Source of the DNA: an uncultured Planctomycetales bacterium
Lineage (GTDB): Bacteria > Omnitrophota > Gorgyraeia > Zapsychrales > JAHFFX01
Direction: 5' to 3'
NCBI GenBank assembly: GCA_964620805.1
Contig: CAZUJQ010000002.1
Span: 6,253 to 70,252 of the forward strand
Length of the DNA: 64,000 nucleotides
How positions within the stretch are numbered: the first letter of the stretch is position 1; the number at the start of each line of letters is the position of its first letter. Below the pieces are notes generated by a model. It was not told where the DNA came from, searched no databases, and saw only the letters and a program-made list of their open reading frames with translations. The translations under genes and the position numbers were made by a program. Of this stretch, positions 9,475-19,411 are shown in pieces.

Positions 9475-10251
9475 TCACTTCCCTAAAAGATGCTCTCTTA
9501 AGCCATCATAGGCCCTCGGCCCTAAAACTTTTTTTGCGAGACCTTTCATCGTCTTCCCGCACACATCCCCCAATGGCTGATGCCCCAACAACGCCTCCTC
9601 AAACCGCCTTAGCGACCAGGAGCCTTTGACCGGCATACGTCCGATACAATTCTTATAAGGAAGAAACCCATTCTGGGAAACGAAGATATGCGAGTAGCCG
9701 ATCTCACGCGCCATATCCACAATCTGTCTATTAAAAAACCCCCGGGGGGCCGAGAAATACGCCACCTTCACCCCTAAGGATTCTTCCAAAATCTCCTTGG
9801 ATTCCATAAACTCTCTTTGAAGCTCCTCTTCACTGCGGTTTAAAAGGATCTCATGATTTAATCCGTGCGACCCGATCGTCATGCCTCCTCTGATAAGCTC
9901 CTTGAGCTGCGGCCAATCCATGTATCCTTTTTGTCCAATCCGGTTGACCGTGACGAAAAAGAGAGCCGGAAATTGATGCTGCTTTAAGATCGGATAGGCC
10001 TGCGTAAAGTTGTTCATCTCTCCGTCATCGAAGGTCAAGATAACTTGTTGTGCCTGCGTGTCTTCAGCCGGTGAAACGCCAACAGTAACATGATATTTCT
10101 TTTTTTTAATAAGTCCCATCTGTTGTTGAAAATTTTCTGCGGGAACATCATAAAGGCGAGCTCCCGGCTCGCGATTTTCCGGAATTTCTGACGGATTCTC
10201 CGGTGTGCCATGATACATGAGGGCGATGATGGGCTGGGGTCGTTTTTTCAT
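9475..10251 (-). CDS. Polysaccharide deacetylase (CE4)
   Basis: LMYH, LTFDDG and IGSHGLNH motifs. Confidence 0.9.
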   Translation of the reverse strand: MKKRPQPIIALMYHGTPENPSEIPENREPGARLYDVPAENFQQQMGLIKKKKYHVTVGVSPAEDTQAQQVILTFDDGEMNNFTQAYPILKQHQFPALFFVTVNRIGQKGYMDWPQLKELIRGGMTIGSHGLNHEILLNRSEEELQREFMESKEILEESLGVKVAYFSAPRGFFNRQIVDMAREIGYSHIFVSQNGFLPYKNCIGRMPVKGSWSLRRFEEALLGHQPLGDVCGKTMKGLAKKVLGPRAYDGLREHLLGK

Positions 10252-10252
10252 C

Positions 10253-12055
10253 TTAATGAGTCAAACCTCTGGCTTTTCCTGATTGTTCTGCCACATATTG
10301 ATTCCATTCTTCGATCGTTTTGGCGATCGTGTCCCGGACCCGATAAAGCACTTGACTGTCTTTGGTGAAATGATCTATCCCTAAGGCCAGTTCTTTGTCA
10401 ATGGCCAATAAAGCTTGGGTCCGGACATAAAGGGGATAAGCCCCCTTGGGATCGAACCCCAAGGGAGGGCCCATCTTCTCCACTTCCCTCATTTTTTCTT
10501 TCAACAGCGACAAATACTCATAATCTTCCATCCCATCGCGGAAGAGCTCACTGCGGATGGAGCCTAGGGGTCCGTTTTCTCCCGGATAGAATAAAAGTCC
10601 GTTACCATTTTGCGCCCAATCGGTATTTGCGGCGCTTTGAAAAGGATCGACCTTTGGCCACCAATTCACACACCAGTAGAGGAATCCTGTGATATTGTAC
10701 TTCCAGCACAGCCAGGGCACAATCCGATAATCCATCGAATCAAAATCCATGGCCAGGTTGGGCGTCGAGTAGCCACCCGGGCCGGAAATATACATCCAGA
10801 TTTCCATGCCTTTTTCTCTTAATGCGTTTATCTTCCGTTCATCAAAATGGTCGATCTGAAAAGTCCAGATATCGATATCCTTTCCCCAGTCCGGGTCGGA
10901 GTGTGGATCCCAGAAGCCGTGGTAGCAGACCATGTTTTTTAATCCCGGATAGGCCCGATGAATCATCGAAGAGATTTTGGCGACCCGGGGATCGCCGATT
11001 GTCCCTTCATCCCAGGTGTAGATGTAATGCAGGGAAAGTAAATTGTGCAGTTTGAGGTTTTCTCCGTAACTGCGGTACACTCCTAACAATCCTTCAATCT
11101 CACTATCGCTCTGGGGCCAATTGTTGTTGAAGGTGCCTCCCTTTCTCCCAACGGAAAATTGCGTTAACCCAAACCAGCGGTAACGATCCAAGCGGGATAA
11201 ATCCTCGGGAGAAGTTGGGTCAATGTTTAAGACCGGATTCATTCGGGTGCGGAGCATCTCGATTAGGAATTTGTCGTTGAGTTCGTCGATACGGCTTTGA
11301 TAGGCTTGATCGTGTTCCTGTTGGCCCTGTGGATACCGGGCCCGGGTGATGTGTCCGTAAAAGTCAAAGGCGGTTCTAAGGTGGCTGGTCTGGGGAAGAA
11401 CAAAATCATAAACCTTCACGGAAAAAGGGATTTGTTTTAGCAGGACGGTTTGGCTCTTTAGGTAAATCCAGCCCTGGTAATCTCCCGCGGGCGTCTTGGG
11501 AGGGATATAAACCGTGACCCAGAAAGGCTGAACCCTTTGAGCTGGGATATCCATTCTTTTCTCTGGTAAAAGAGGATCCGGCCAGGGCCCCACGAACTTG
11601 ACCGGATAATAAGGCCGGATCGTGGGGACATATCCCACCACCCGCCAGGTGACGTTCGCCCCATCGAGGCGTGCGCCAGAGGGCCCGTTGACCAGATCGG
11701 ATATTTCCAGGCCCACAGACTGGAGAGGTTCTCTTCCGCTGGCGACGGCAATTTGAAACGATTCGTATTCGTTGCCGGCCAGGGCTAAATCCGCTAAGTT
11801 ACGAAACCGTGGCTCTACCAACGTCTGGCCATCTTGGAAGATCCGCTCCAGGCTGGAGGCGACAACGATACGCACACCCTGAGCGTCTGAAAGGACTTGG
11901 CTCCAAAGCCTTGTTGTGTCGTAGCGTTTGGGTTGTTTGATCTTTCGGTAGGTTTTGTAAGCGGCCCAGGTGCCTAAGGACAGCCCACCCAGGACGATGG
12001 CCACGGTTACGATCAAGGATAGCAAAGAAACCGATCGTTTAGGATTGTTGGACAT
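10253..12055 (-). CDS. DUF4091 / GH123-like glycoside hydrolase, membrane anchored
   Basis: GNEYESFQ, WPDPL, WDE, GFLYW, GNGLLFYPG and RDGMEDYEYL motifs. Confidence 0.8.
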   Translation of the reverse strand: MSNNPKRSVSLLSLIVTVAIVLGGLSLGTWAAYKTYRKIKQPKRYDTTRLWSQVLSDAQGVRIVVASSLERIFQDGQTLVEPRFRNLADLALAGNEYESFQIAVASGREPLQSVGLEISDLVNGPSGARLDGANVTWRVVGYVPTIRPYYPVKFVGPWPDPLLPEKRMDIPAQRVQPFWVTVYIPPKTPAGDYQGWIYLKSQTVLLKQIPFSVKVYDFVLPQTSHLRTAFDFYGHITRARYPQGQQEHDQAYQSRIDELNDKFLIEMLRTRMNPVLNIDPTSPEDLSRLDRYRWFGLTQFSVGRKGGTFNNNWPQSDSEIEGLLGVYRSYGENLKLHNLLSLHYIYTWDEGTIGDPRVAKISSMIHRAYPGLKNMVCYHGFWDPHSDPDWGKDIDIWTFQIDHFDERKINALREKGMEIWMYISGPGGYSTPNLAMDFDSMDYRIVPWLCWKYNITGFLYWCVNWWPKVDPFQSAANTDWAQNGNGLLFYPGENGPLGSIRSELFRDGMEDYEYLSLLKEKMREVEKMGPPLGFDPKGAYPLYVRTQALLAIDKELALGIDHFTKDSQVLYRVRDTIAKTIEEWNQYVAEQSGKARGLTH

Positions 12056-13283
12056 GAAGTTCCTCATACAGAGAATGGATTTTGCGGCCGATGGTCTTCC
12101 AGTCGTACTGTTGACAAACCAGCTTGCGGGCCTCTATCCCGAGACTGTGCCGTTTCTCAGACGTTTCCAGTAGAGATACAACCTCATCGGCAAACTCTTC
12201 CGCGGAATCCGCCAGCACGATGTCTTTATCAGAGGTGTAACCGATTCCTTCGGCGCCCAAGGAAGTGGAGACCACGGGCTTGGCCATGGCCATGGCTTCC
12301 AAAATTTTTAGTCTGGTCCCGCCCCCTACGCGGATGGGGCAGACAAAGATTTGGGATTTCGCCAGAAAGGGCCGCACATCCTCGACCTTGCCGGTCACCA
12401 TAATCCTGGAATCCTGAGCAGCTAACGCCAGCAAAGAGCTGCTCGGGGATTTGCCAACGACGTAAAACGTCAGCCGGGGTTTGACCTTCCAGATCAAAGG
12501 CAAAATCTCTTTACAAAAATACAGCACGCCATCGCGATTGGGCCACCAATCCATTGAGCCGGTGAAGATGAGGGATTCGTCAAACTGACGACTGACGACT
12601 GACGACTGACGACTAGATTCTCTAAGCTTTGGGCTCTGAGCTCTGGGCTGAAAATACTCCGTATCCACTCCGTTGGGAACCAGATGCACGGCTGTCCTCT
12701 TCATCCCAAGTTTAAGCAAGCTTTTCTGGTCATCCTCCGAGACCGCCCAGCACATGGAGAACTCCCCCAGACGCCGGGATTCAAAATTTTTCATGGTGCC
12801 AGCCTGATGGGTCAACAGAAACCTTTTGATTCCCGATGGCTCTACCCTTGCGCAACGCTCCAAAATCTTGTGCTCCACATTGTGCCCATCCAGGACACTG
12901 AGCGCCCCATTAAAACAATGCCGGTACTGCGCCATGTGGACATGGTCCACATGAACCGCGTCAAACGACTCTTGCCGAATCAGATATTGGATGTGTTTCC
13001 TCATCTTTAAGGAATGGTATTTCGCCACCGATACCGGCATCTGACGAAACAGCGCCTGGAATAAGACTCCCCACCCCCCTTTTTTCTTAGGCACGAGGGT
13101 CACCGAGATGCCTTCCTTTTCCAGCTCTTTGGCCATTTCAGAATCGTTTTCCTCGAAGGAAAAGCACACAAGATGCACTTGAGCGCCATGCCTAAGCTGC
13201 CGGAGGATGTGCAAAGTCCTGATCTTGCCGCCGGTGTCGGCCGGCAGGGGAAGGCGAGGAGCGAGAAAAAGGATTTTTTTCAT
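12039..13283 (-). CDS. GT4 glycosyltransferase (PEP-CTERM/EpsH-associated type)
   Basis: PLPADTGGKIRT, FTGSMDWWPN, GGGTRLKILEAMA. Confidence 0.9.
   Translation of the reverse strand: MKKILFLAPRLPLPADTGGKIRTLHILRQLRHGAQVHLVCFSFEENDSEMAKELEKEGISVTLVPKKKGGWGVLFQALFRQMPVSVAKYHSLKMRKHIQYLIRQESFDAVHVDHVHMAQYRHCFNGALSVLDGHNVEHKILERCARVEPSGIKRFLLTHQAGTMKNFESRRLGEFSMCWAVSEDDQKSLLKLGMKRTAVHLVPNGVDTEYFQPRAQSPKLRESSRQSSVVSRQFDESLIFTGSMDWWPNRDGVLYFCKEILPLIWKVKPRLTFYVVGKSPSSSLLALAAQDSRIMVTGKVEDVRPFLAKSQIFVCPIRVGGGTRLKILEAMAMAKPVVSTSLGAEGIGYTSDKDIVLADSAEEFADEVVSLLETSEKRHSLGIEARKLVCQQYDWKTIGRKIHSLYEELHVQQS
12585..12650. repeat. In-frame 7-mer tandem repeats
   Basis: (CTGACGA)x4 followed by TGGGCTC-TGAGCTC-TGGGCTG inside the GT4 gene. 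Confidence 0.8.
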
Positions 13284-15505
13284 ATCTCCTCATAAAGCCG
13301 TTCGTATTTCTCAACCATGTGCTCCAAGGAATAATGCTTTCGGATGAAATCCGAAGCCTCCCGGCCCATCTCTAAAAAGAGACTTCTGTCTTTAACGACC
13401 CGACCCAGGACCTTGACCAATCCGGTGACATCCCCCGGTGCGACAAGAAATCCGTTTTTGCCGTGCCAAATGATTTGCGGGATCCCTCCCACTTTTGTGG
13501 CCACAACTAGACGGGCACAGGCCATGGCCTCCAAAAGCGATAGAGGCACGCCTTCGGTTAAGGAGGTTAAGACAAAGATATCCAGAGCCGGGTAGAGGGA
13601 TGAGATGTCATCGATTAAGCCGGTAAAAAGGATGTGCTTCTCTAAATTTTTGTCCCGGACCAAGGCTTTCAAATAAGTCTCCTCTGGGCCATCGCCCACG
13701 ATCAGAAATTTAACAAGGGGGAACTCTTTTTGGATTTGGTCAGCCGCTTCGATCAACATCGCTTGATTTTTTTCGCGGCTCAGGCGCCCCACCGTGCCGA
13801 TCACGGCTTCTTCGTCCGAGATCCCATAACGGCTCCGAGCCGTTTTTCTTAAAACCGGATCATAGGAAAAGCGGTTCACATCCAGGCCGTTTGGAATCAC
13901 CTGTCTTTTTTGCGCCTTCAAATCCGGCAGGATGTTCTCAGCCACAACAACCACCCGACGAAAAAATGCCTTTAAAAGCCACCTGTCCAGTTTTTCATAC
14001 CAACGGACCGGCCGGGACATTTTTGTGTATCCATGGACCGTGGCGAGGAGGGGAACACCGTTTCCAGCCGTTGCCAGCAATCCCATAAGATCGGATTTGT
14101 AGTTGTGGGTATGGACAATATCAATTCGGTTTTGCCGGATAAATTTCTTTAGTAGCCGGCTGGTCCTCCAATCCCATCGTCCCCGGCTTTTAAATAAGGC
14201 GGTCTTCAGCCCCGCCTCCCGGGCCTTGTGGACAATCTCCAGATGAGGATTTCTCTCATCTTCGATGGCACCGATCATGGGGATAAATTTCCCGTGGTTC
14301 AAATGACGGGCCAGTGACAGGGCCACCCGCTCTGCGCCGAAAAAGCCTCCGCTGCTTATAAAATGTAAAACTTTTTTTATTAAAAGGGCCTGATAAAAAT
14401 TTTCGTATTCCCTCATCATCTGAGGAATGGTAAATTCTTTCTGGGCTCTTTGTCGTGCGTTTTGGCCCATGCTTTGTCTTTTCTCGGGATCCTCAATGAG
14501 TGTGAGCAAGGCCTCCTTTAAGGCCCGGGAATCGCCGGGGGCCACCAAAAGGCCATCCACCCCCTCCCGGATGAGTTCGGGATTGCCGCCCACACGGGTG
14601 GCGACCACGGCCTTGCCGGCCGCCATGTATTCTAAGATGGCGTTGGAGGTGCCTTCGCTCAAAGAGGGCAACACACAGATATCCGCGGCCTCGATAAAAC
14701 GCGAGACATCTTCGCGTTTTCCAAGAAAAAGGACATGCCTTTCCAATCTCTTTTTTCTGATGATCTCTTGTAGCTTTCCCCCCATTTTGTCTTCACCAAT
14801 CAACGCCAATCGGACCCGCGGATGGTCTACCACGATCTCCGGCAAGGCCTCGATGAGATAGATATGCCCTTTGACTGGCCGAAGATTCGCCACATGCACA
14901 ATTAAGGAAATGGGGTCACACCCCATTTCCCCACTTGAGGGAAATGGGGTGTGACCCCATTTTATTGGTGATTCCACGCCGTTATAGATCACCTCAATCC
15001 GCTCCGCGGGGATTCCCTCTTCTTTCATCATCCTCTCTTTTACGGCACCGGCCACCGCAATGAAGGTGTGCACCCAGCGGTTGATCAACTTGTAGGCGCT
15101 TCGATGAATGGGCTTGCGGCAGAACCCCATGTCCCGCCGGTTCGACACAATATGACGGACTCCCGCCCAATGCGCCCAGAACGTGCCCCAGATATCTGAT
15201 CCGAAATGATAGGTTTGGAGGATCTGGATGCGGTTGGCTTTGAGAAACCGCATAAAGCGGAGGCCCTGCACCATCCCCGAGATCCCGTAGATTCTCACCA
15301 CGCGGAAAACCTGGAATTCGCAGCCCGCCTCCCGCATCAGCTGTTGGGTGGACTCACAGATAGGATTCAGGCTGAGAACGAACACTCGATACCGTGAAGG
15401 GTCAAGATGAGAGATGAGCTGGTAAATCTGCTTTTCTGCCCCGGCCTGGAGGTCTTCCAGGACGTCGGTGAGCAATGCTAGGCGGATGGGTTGAGTGTTT
15501 TTCAT
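13280..15505 (-). CDS. Tandem two-domain GT4 glycosyltransferase
   Basis: Two GT-B modules (SEGTSNAILEYMA; TEGVPLSLLEAMA); start at MKNTQP (15505), the longer ORF start being repeat-derived. Confidence 0.85.
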   Translation of the reverse strand: MKNTQPIRLALLTDVLEDLQAGAEKQIYQLISHLDPSRYRVFVLSLNPICESTQQLMREAGCEFQVFRVVRIYGISGMVQGLRFMRFLKANRIQILQTYHFGSDIWGTFWAHWAGVRHIVSNRRDMGFCRKPIHRSAYKLINRWVHTFIAVAGAVKERMMKEEGIPAERIEVIYNGVESPIKWGHTPFPSSGEMGCDPISLIVHVANLRPVKGHIYLIEALPEIVVDHPRVRLALIGEDKMGGKLQEIIRKKRLERHVLFLGKREDVSRFIEAADICVLPSLSEGTSNAILEYMAAGKAVVATRVGGNPELIREGVDGLLVAPGDSRALKEALLTLIEDPEKRQSMGQNARQRAQKEFTIPQMMREYENFYQALLIKKVLHFISSGGFFGAERVALSLARHLNHGKFIPMIGAIEDERNPHLEIVHKAREAGLKTALFKSRGRWDWRTSRLLKKFIRQNRIDIVHTHNYKSDLMGLLATAGNGVPLLATVHGYTKMSRPVRWYEKLDRWLLKAFFRRVVVVAENILPDLKAQKRQVIPNGLDVNRFSYDPVLRKTARSRYGISDEEAVIGTVGRLSREKNQAMLIEAADQIQKEFPLVKFLIVGDGPEETYLKALVRDKNLEKHILFTGLIDDISSLYPALDIFVLTSLTEGVPLSLLEAMACARLVVATKVGGIPQIIWHGKNGFLVAPGDVTGLVKVLGRVVKDRSLFLEMGREASDFIRKHYSLEHMVEKYERLYEEI
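14906..14962. repeat. In-frame REP-like double palindrome (family B)
   Basis: AAATGGGGTCACACCCCATTT ... AAATGGGGTGTGACCCCATTT, encodes KWGHTPFP...EMGCDPIS. Confidence 0.85.
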
Positions 15506-15518
15506 ATGAATATAAAAT

Positions 15519-15723
15519 GTTGCTAATGTTTCCAAGGTTTCCAAAGTTGCCGAGGTTACCTGATTCATCCAACATTCTTAAAGTTGCCCTTAAGTTGCCC
15601 AAGGTTACTGATTGATCCGACAATTTGTTGTTGGGTTAAGGCTTTGCAACCTCAAATAACCTTTCTGCAACCTCAAAAGGGCAACCTCGGCAACCTCGGC
15701 AACATGGGAAACATAGGCAACTT
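15519..15723. repeat. Family A palindromic element
   Basis: Left GTTKCC arm, ATTCATCCAACATTCTTAAAGTT core, right GGCAAC arm. Confidence 0.9.
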
Positions 15724-15727
15724 TATT

Positions 15728-17125
15728 TTACTTAGCATCTAAAAGGGGAACACCCCGCACATAGTTGCGTGACAACCGCTGGCCATAACTCCGGTATTTG
15801 TGAGTCCTCCCTTTACCATTACCATCTGGAGGGATTTTTTTATTTTGACTCTCCTCTCGATTAATCAAAATCATCCGTCCCACCAATCCCGCAAAAATCC
15901 ACAGATACCCTCCCATCTCCAGATACGTCCAGCGGTCCCCAAAGGTGTTGTTGACCATGGCCACAATCACCGCCAAGGAGAATCCTAATCCCAACGCTTC
16001 GGAGAGATCGTCTTTGCCTCTTCGATAGAGTCTCCATCCCATGCTCATCATTTTCCAGACCAGGATAACGAAAATCGCCAATCCGATGATCCCTTGTTCC
16101 ACCAGGACTTTCAGATAGATGTTGTGCGTATCGCCTAGGACGAATCCCATCCGCCGGAAAACCCCGAAGCCAATCCCCAGGAAGGGTTCCTGTTTCCATA
16201 AATCGATGGCCTGTTGCCACACCAAAATCCGGTTGCCGGCCGAGGATTCCAACTGGCCGTAGACATCGCGGGTCATTTCGATTCTTTCGATGACTTGATC
16301 GGGAAGAAGGCTTTGCCAGAATAAAATAAGAAAAACCAGGGGAACAAAAAGAAAGTTGCGTTTGATTAAAAAAAGCAGAGTTAATCCTACGACCATCCCG
16401 AGGTAGGCCCCCCGTGAGTATAAAAATAAAATGCAATACGTGTTGAGCATGATCAAGACGAACAGCCCGAGCCGTTGAAATTTATTTTTAATGGAAAGAA
16501 ATCCGCTCAAAAGGACAATGGTGATCTGATTATAGAAGGCCGCCACTTCATTGGGCCCCAGGAAGACAAAGGTGGCGTTGATCTTGTCGCGGGAAAGAAG
16601 AGCGTGGTACCACGATATTTGATTGATCGTGTAATAGTCCATAATGAGGAGAGCCGCCCCCATAACGAAGATGACTTCTTTGACCTGTCTTCGGGTCTTG
16701 ACCACGTTCATTGTGAGGAAAAAGAACACAGCCAGCAAGACGTAGTTTTTCCAGTCTTGGACCCGGTCATCGGAGAAATCAAAAGGGGTAAAGTATCCCA
16801 GGGTCATATAACCTTTGAGGAGCGAACAGTACGTATAGATGATCAGGACCCACGCAATCCCTTGAAGAGAGCTCCCGTTTTTGAACTTGTCGCGATGCCT
16901 CATCTTATTAATGAAAATCCCAAGAATGAGACACGCGATCAGGAGATCATTGATGTCCTTGCCTAAAGGGAATACCGTCAGGCGCTCCACGACGTTTCTA
17001 AGCGGCAAAAGAAAGGTCAGGAAAAGAAACGGCCGAAAGGTGCGGCCCGAGGCTGCCATGACGCAGCACAGCAGGGCCGCAACGTAGATAATCAGCGGAG
17101 CTATATTTTTAAGGGAGGCTAGCAT
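15728..17125 (-). CDS. O-antigen ligase / polymerase family protein
   Basis: Multi-TM; YSRGAYLG, R..VW..A, GIGFG and HNIYLKVLVEQGIIG motifs. Confidence 0.85.
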   Translation of the reverse strand: MLASLKNIAPLIIYVAALLCCVMAASGRTFRPFLFLTFLLPLRNVVERLTVFPLGKDINDLLIACLILGIFINKMRHRDKFKNGSSLQGIAWVLIIYTYCSLLKGYMTLGYFTPFDFSDDRVQDWKNYVLLAVFFFLTMNVVKTRRQVKEVIFVMGAALLIMDYYTINQISWYHALLSRDKINATFVFLGPNEVAAFYNQITIVLLSGFLSIKNKFQRLGLFVLIMLNTYCILFLYSRGAYLGMVVGLTLLFLIKRNFLFVPLVFLILFWQSLLPDQVIERIEMTRDVYGQLESSAGNRILVWQQAIDLWKQEPFLGIGFGVFRRMGFVLGDTHNIYLKVLVEQGIIGLAIFVILVWKMMSMGWRLYRRGKDDLSEALGLGFSLAVIVAMVNNTFGDRWTYLEMGGYLWIFAGLVGRMILINREESQNKKIPPDGNGKGRTHKYRSYGQRLSRNYVRGVPLLDAK

Positions 17126-17149
17126 TTTAAAATTTTGATCAGCCTATCA

Positions 17150-17321
17150 GGTTGCCTTTGTTTCCAGTGTTTCCGAGGTTGCCGATGTTAATTTATTTAC
17201 GTGACATTTTTAAGGTTGCTTAATGTTGCCTGATGTTGTCTTTTCCAACCTTTAGTAACTTCAGGCAACATCTTGAAAGGCAACCTTGGTAACTTTGGCA
17301 ACATAGGAAACATTGGCAACT
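17150..17321. repeat. Family A palindromic element
   Basis: Same arms and core as the other copies. Confidence 0.9.
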
Positions 17322-17867
17322 TTATCTTGCCTCTTTACGAGGTTTGCTTTGAACCCTCGCCGGCACCCCCACAACCGTCGCCCCTTCCGGAACATCATCG
17401 ATCACGACCGAATTGGCGCCGACACGGGCATGATTTCCCACGCGGATCGCCCCCAAGACTTTTGCCCCGGTGCCGATGTACACACCATCGCCAATCACCG
17501 GCACGCCAGAATCTCCCAGTCCTCTGGTCCCAATGACGACGCCCGGGCCAATCGAGCAGTTCTCTCCCATCACGACATCGCTATGGAGGATGATTCCCCC
17601 AAAGTGGCCTACGTACAGTCCCCTCCCAATCTGAGCGCTGGCCGGAAGCGAGATGCCGGTCGTCATCTCAATCCATTTGAAGAGCAAAAACACCTCAAGA
17701 CGCAGGAGATGAGAGATCAACGGAAATTTCAAAGCCTGCGCCCACCGGCCGAAACGATACACCGCCAACGCCCAGATTCCCTGCTCGAAGAAAAGGTATA
17801 TCCGGTCTTGTCTCCGGCTATTTCGAAGATACCGGCGAATGTCTGCTGTGAAATTTGGGAACATCAT
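17322..17867 (-). CDS. Serine O-acetyltransferase-like hexapeptide acetyltransferase
   Basis: IGRGLYVGHFGGIIL, IGDGVYIGTGAKVLG, VVGVPAR; a family A fragment at 17873-17891 produces a false METLET extension. Confidence 0.85.
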   Translation of the reverse strand: MMFPNFTADIRRYLRNSRRQDRIYLFFEQGIWALAVYRFGRWAQALKFPLISHLLRLEVFLLFKWIEMTTGISLPASAQIGRGLYVGHFGGIILHSDVVMGENCSIGPGVVIGTRGLGDSGVPVIGDGVYIGTGAKVLGAIRVGNHARVGANSVVIDDVPEGATVVGVPARVQSKPRKEAR

Positions 17868-17894
17868 GGTATAAGTTTCCAACGTTTCCATCGT

Positions 17895-18707
17895 TTATGC
17901 TTTGTTTGGACAAAGCAATCTCAAAACATTCTCTTTCGTAAAGACCTTCATGTCCAACGGATTCTCCAGGAAATTCACCACATCGCGGTGCACCTTCCGC
18001 CAGTCGGCTTTATCCACCACTTGATAGAGGAAATCCCGCCAATTGTCTTCCCGCGGGATCTCCTTTGTCCATCCCGTTTGCGTCAAGGCATTATGCAGCA
18101 ACCGAATGTTGGGTTTGATATCCCTCCAGCGGGATAGATACCATCCCAAATCAAAAAAGTCCCGGCCTTTGGTGTATTTGCGGCTCAGCAAAGCAGACAC
18201 TTTGCCGGCAAAGAATGACGGAAGATCGAAGGTCAAAAAGGCAAGCGGAAAATATTTGTTGATGATTTGTATTTCGAGCCGGCTGCCCTCAGGCGGGTTG
18301 GTATCAATTTCGATCTTGACCGATAATTTCTGTTTTTTTAACGGGGAGAGACCTGCTTCATACAGCAGTCCCTCGAACTTAACAAAGGCCGATTGAACCG
18401 TTTTGACTTCATTGTAAGTCACCGAAACGTTGTAGCCGGCCAGATCCAATTCCTGCTTGAGCTTCTTGATGAGCTTGACAAAAGACAATGTCCTGCCTTG
18501 TACATGGGAAAAGTCCAAATCCTCGGAAAAGCGAGGCAGATTGTGCAAAAACCGCAGGGCCGTTCCTCCCCAAAAAGCCGTTGTTTGAAAAATCCCGTCA
18601 TCATGGAGAATCCTTAAGACATAGGCCTGCAGATATTCCCGCATCGTATTGAGCCTGACCTGGGATCCTTCCTTCGCGCCCGTCAGCTCTAGGAGGTAGT
18701 CTTTCAT
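17895..18707 (-). CDS. abiEii: AbiEii nucleotidyltransferase toxin (type IV TA)
   Basis: GGTALR...RFSEDLDF, KIEID, K..ALLSR...KGRDFFDL. Confidence 0.9.
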   Translation of the reverse strand: MKDYLLELTGAKEGSQVRLNTMREYLQAYVLRILHDDGIFQTTAFWGGTALRFLHNLPRFSEDLDFSHVQGRTLSFVKLIKKLKQELDLAGYNVSVTYNEVKTVQSAFVKFEGLLYEAGLSPLKKQKLSVKIEIDTNPPEGSRLEIQIINKYFPLAFLTFDLPSFFAGKVSALLSRKYTKGRDFFDLGWYLSRWRDIKPNIRLLHNALTQTGWTKEIPREDNWRDFLYQVVDKADWRKVHRDVVNFLENPLDMKVFTKENVLRLLCPNKA

Positions 18708-19342
18708 AAAGTTTTCTCTTTCTTTTTATAGGCCAGGACATAATCTTTAATCATGGCAGCGGATTGTTCCATACGCGGTTTGCCGAAGCGCCTGGCGTAT
18801 TCCGATAATTTCCGCAGGTTGATTTTTTCGACATTTTGCAGGCGCAATTCCGCCAGATAATCCATCGAGACGTCCACATGCCTGAAATAGATCAGATCCA
18901 GAATGGATTTTTCCGGCTCCGCCATAAAAGCTGTTTGCTTTCTGACCTCCAGGGAATGATATCCCCAAAAAAGCGACTGCTGAATGTGCCGGTAATCAAA
19001 AATCCCCACCGGGGTATTAAAACGGCCCTGGCGTTTCGTGGTGACCGCCGTATAAACATTTACAGCCTCCGGAATCAGATTGTGAAATTCCAAGGCCTTC
19101 TCTAAGCTGATGTAGGAAGGCCTCTTCAGAAGGCTGGCGACAGCCGGCTCGAAGATTTCAATCCCTCGATAAGGTTCGGCAAGGATATAAATCCCCCGCT
19201 TTAACTGGATCAACTTGCCGGCCTTTTCCCAGCGGCTGATTTGAACCTTAATCGCATCCGGCTTGAGGGCCCCGGCTGAAAGAATCTGAGTATTGATAAC
19301 CGGCAGATGCTTCACCTGTGAGATGAGCTCAGCAAAGTCCAT
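18704..19342 (-). CDS. abiEi: AbiEi antitoxin / transcriptional regulator
   Basis: LIQLKRGIY, SYISLEKALEFHNLIPE, EPEKSILD; overlaps the abiEii start. Confidence 0.85.
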   Translation of the reverse strand: MDFAELISQVKHLPVINTQILSAGALKPDAIKVQISRWEKAGKLIQLKRGIYILAEPYRGIEIFEPAVASLLKRPSYISLEKALEFHNLIPEAVNVYTAVTTKRQGRFNTPVGIFDYRHIQQSLFWGYHSLEVRKQTAFMAEPEKSILDLIYFRHVDVSMDYLAELRLQNVEKINLRKLSEYARRFGKPRMEQSAAMIKDYVLAYKKKEKTL

Positions 19343-19346
19343 GGCG

Positions 19347-19372
19347 TTAATTTAACATATTTGTTAATTTAA
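19347..19372. promoter_or_regulatory. Inverted repeat, putative AbiEi operator
   Basis: TTAATTTAACA-TATT-TGTTAATTTAA just upstream of the abiEi ATG. Confidence 0.5.
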
Positions 19373-19411
19373 TGCAATAGTAATTCCGAGCTGCCCACTT
19401 CAAGCCCTCTC

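Noticed and set aside
15506-15568. ORF-track N-terminal extensions (MNQVTSATLETLET, also at 17891, 25097, 34249, 59665)
   Set aside because: They translate repeat or MITE sequence; downstream ATGs match the family starts
17313-18137. Long antisense ORFs (also 7681-8352, 26774-27412, 53798-54460, 60069-60692)
   Set aside because: Shadows of well-supported genes on the opposite strand
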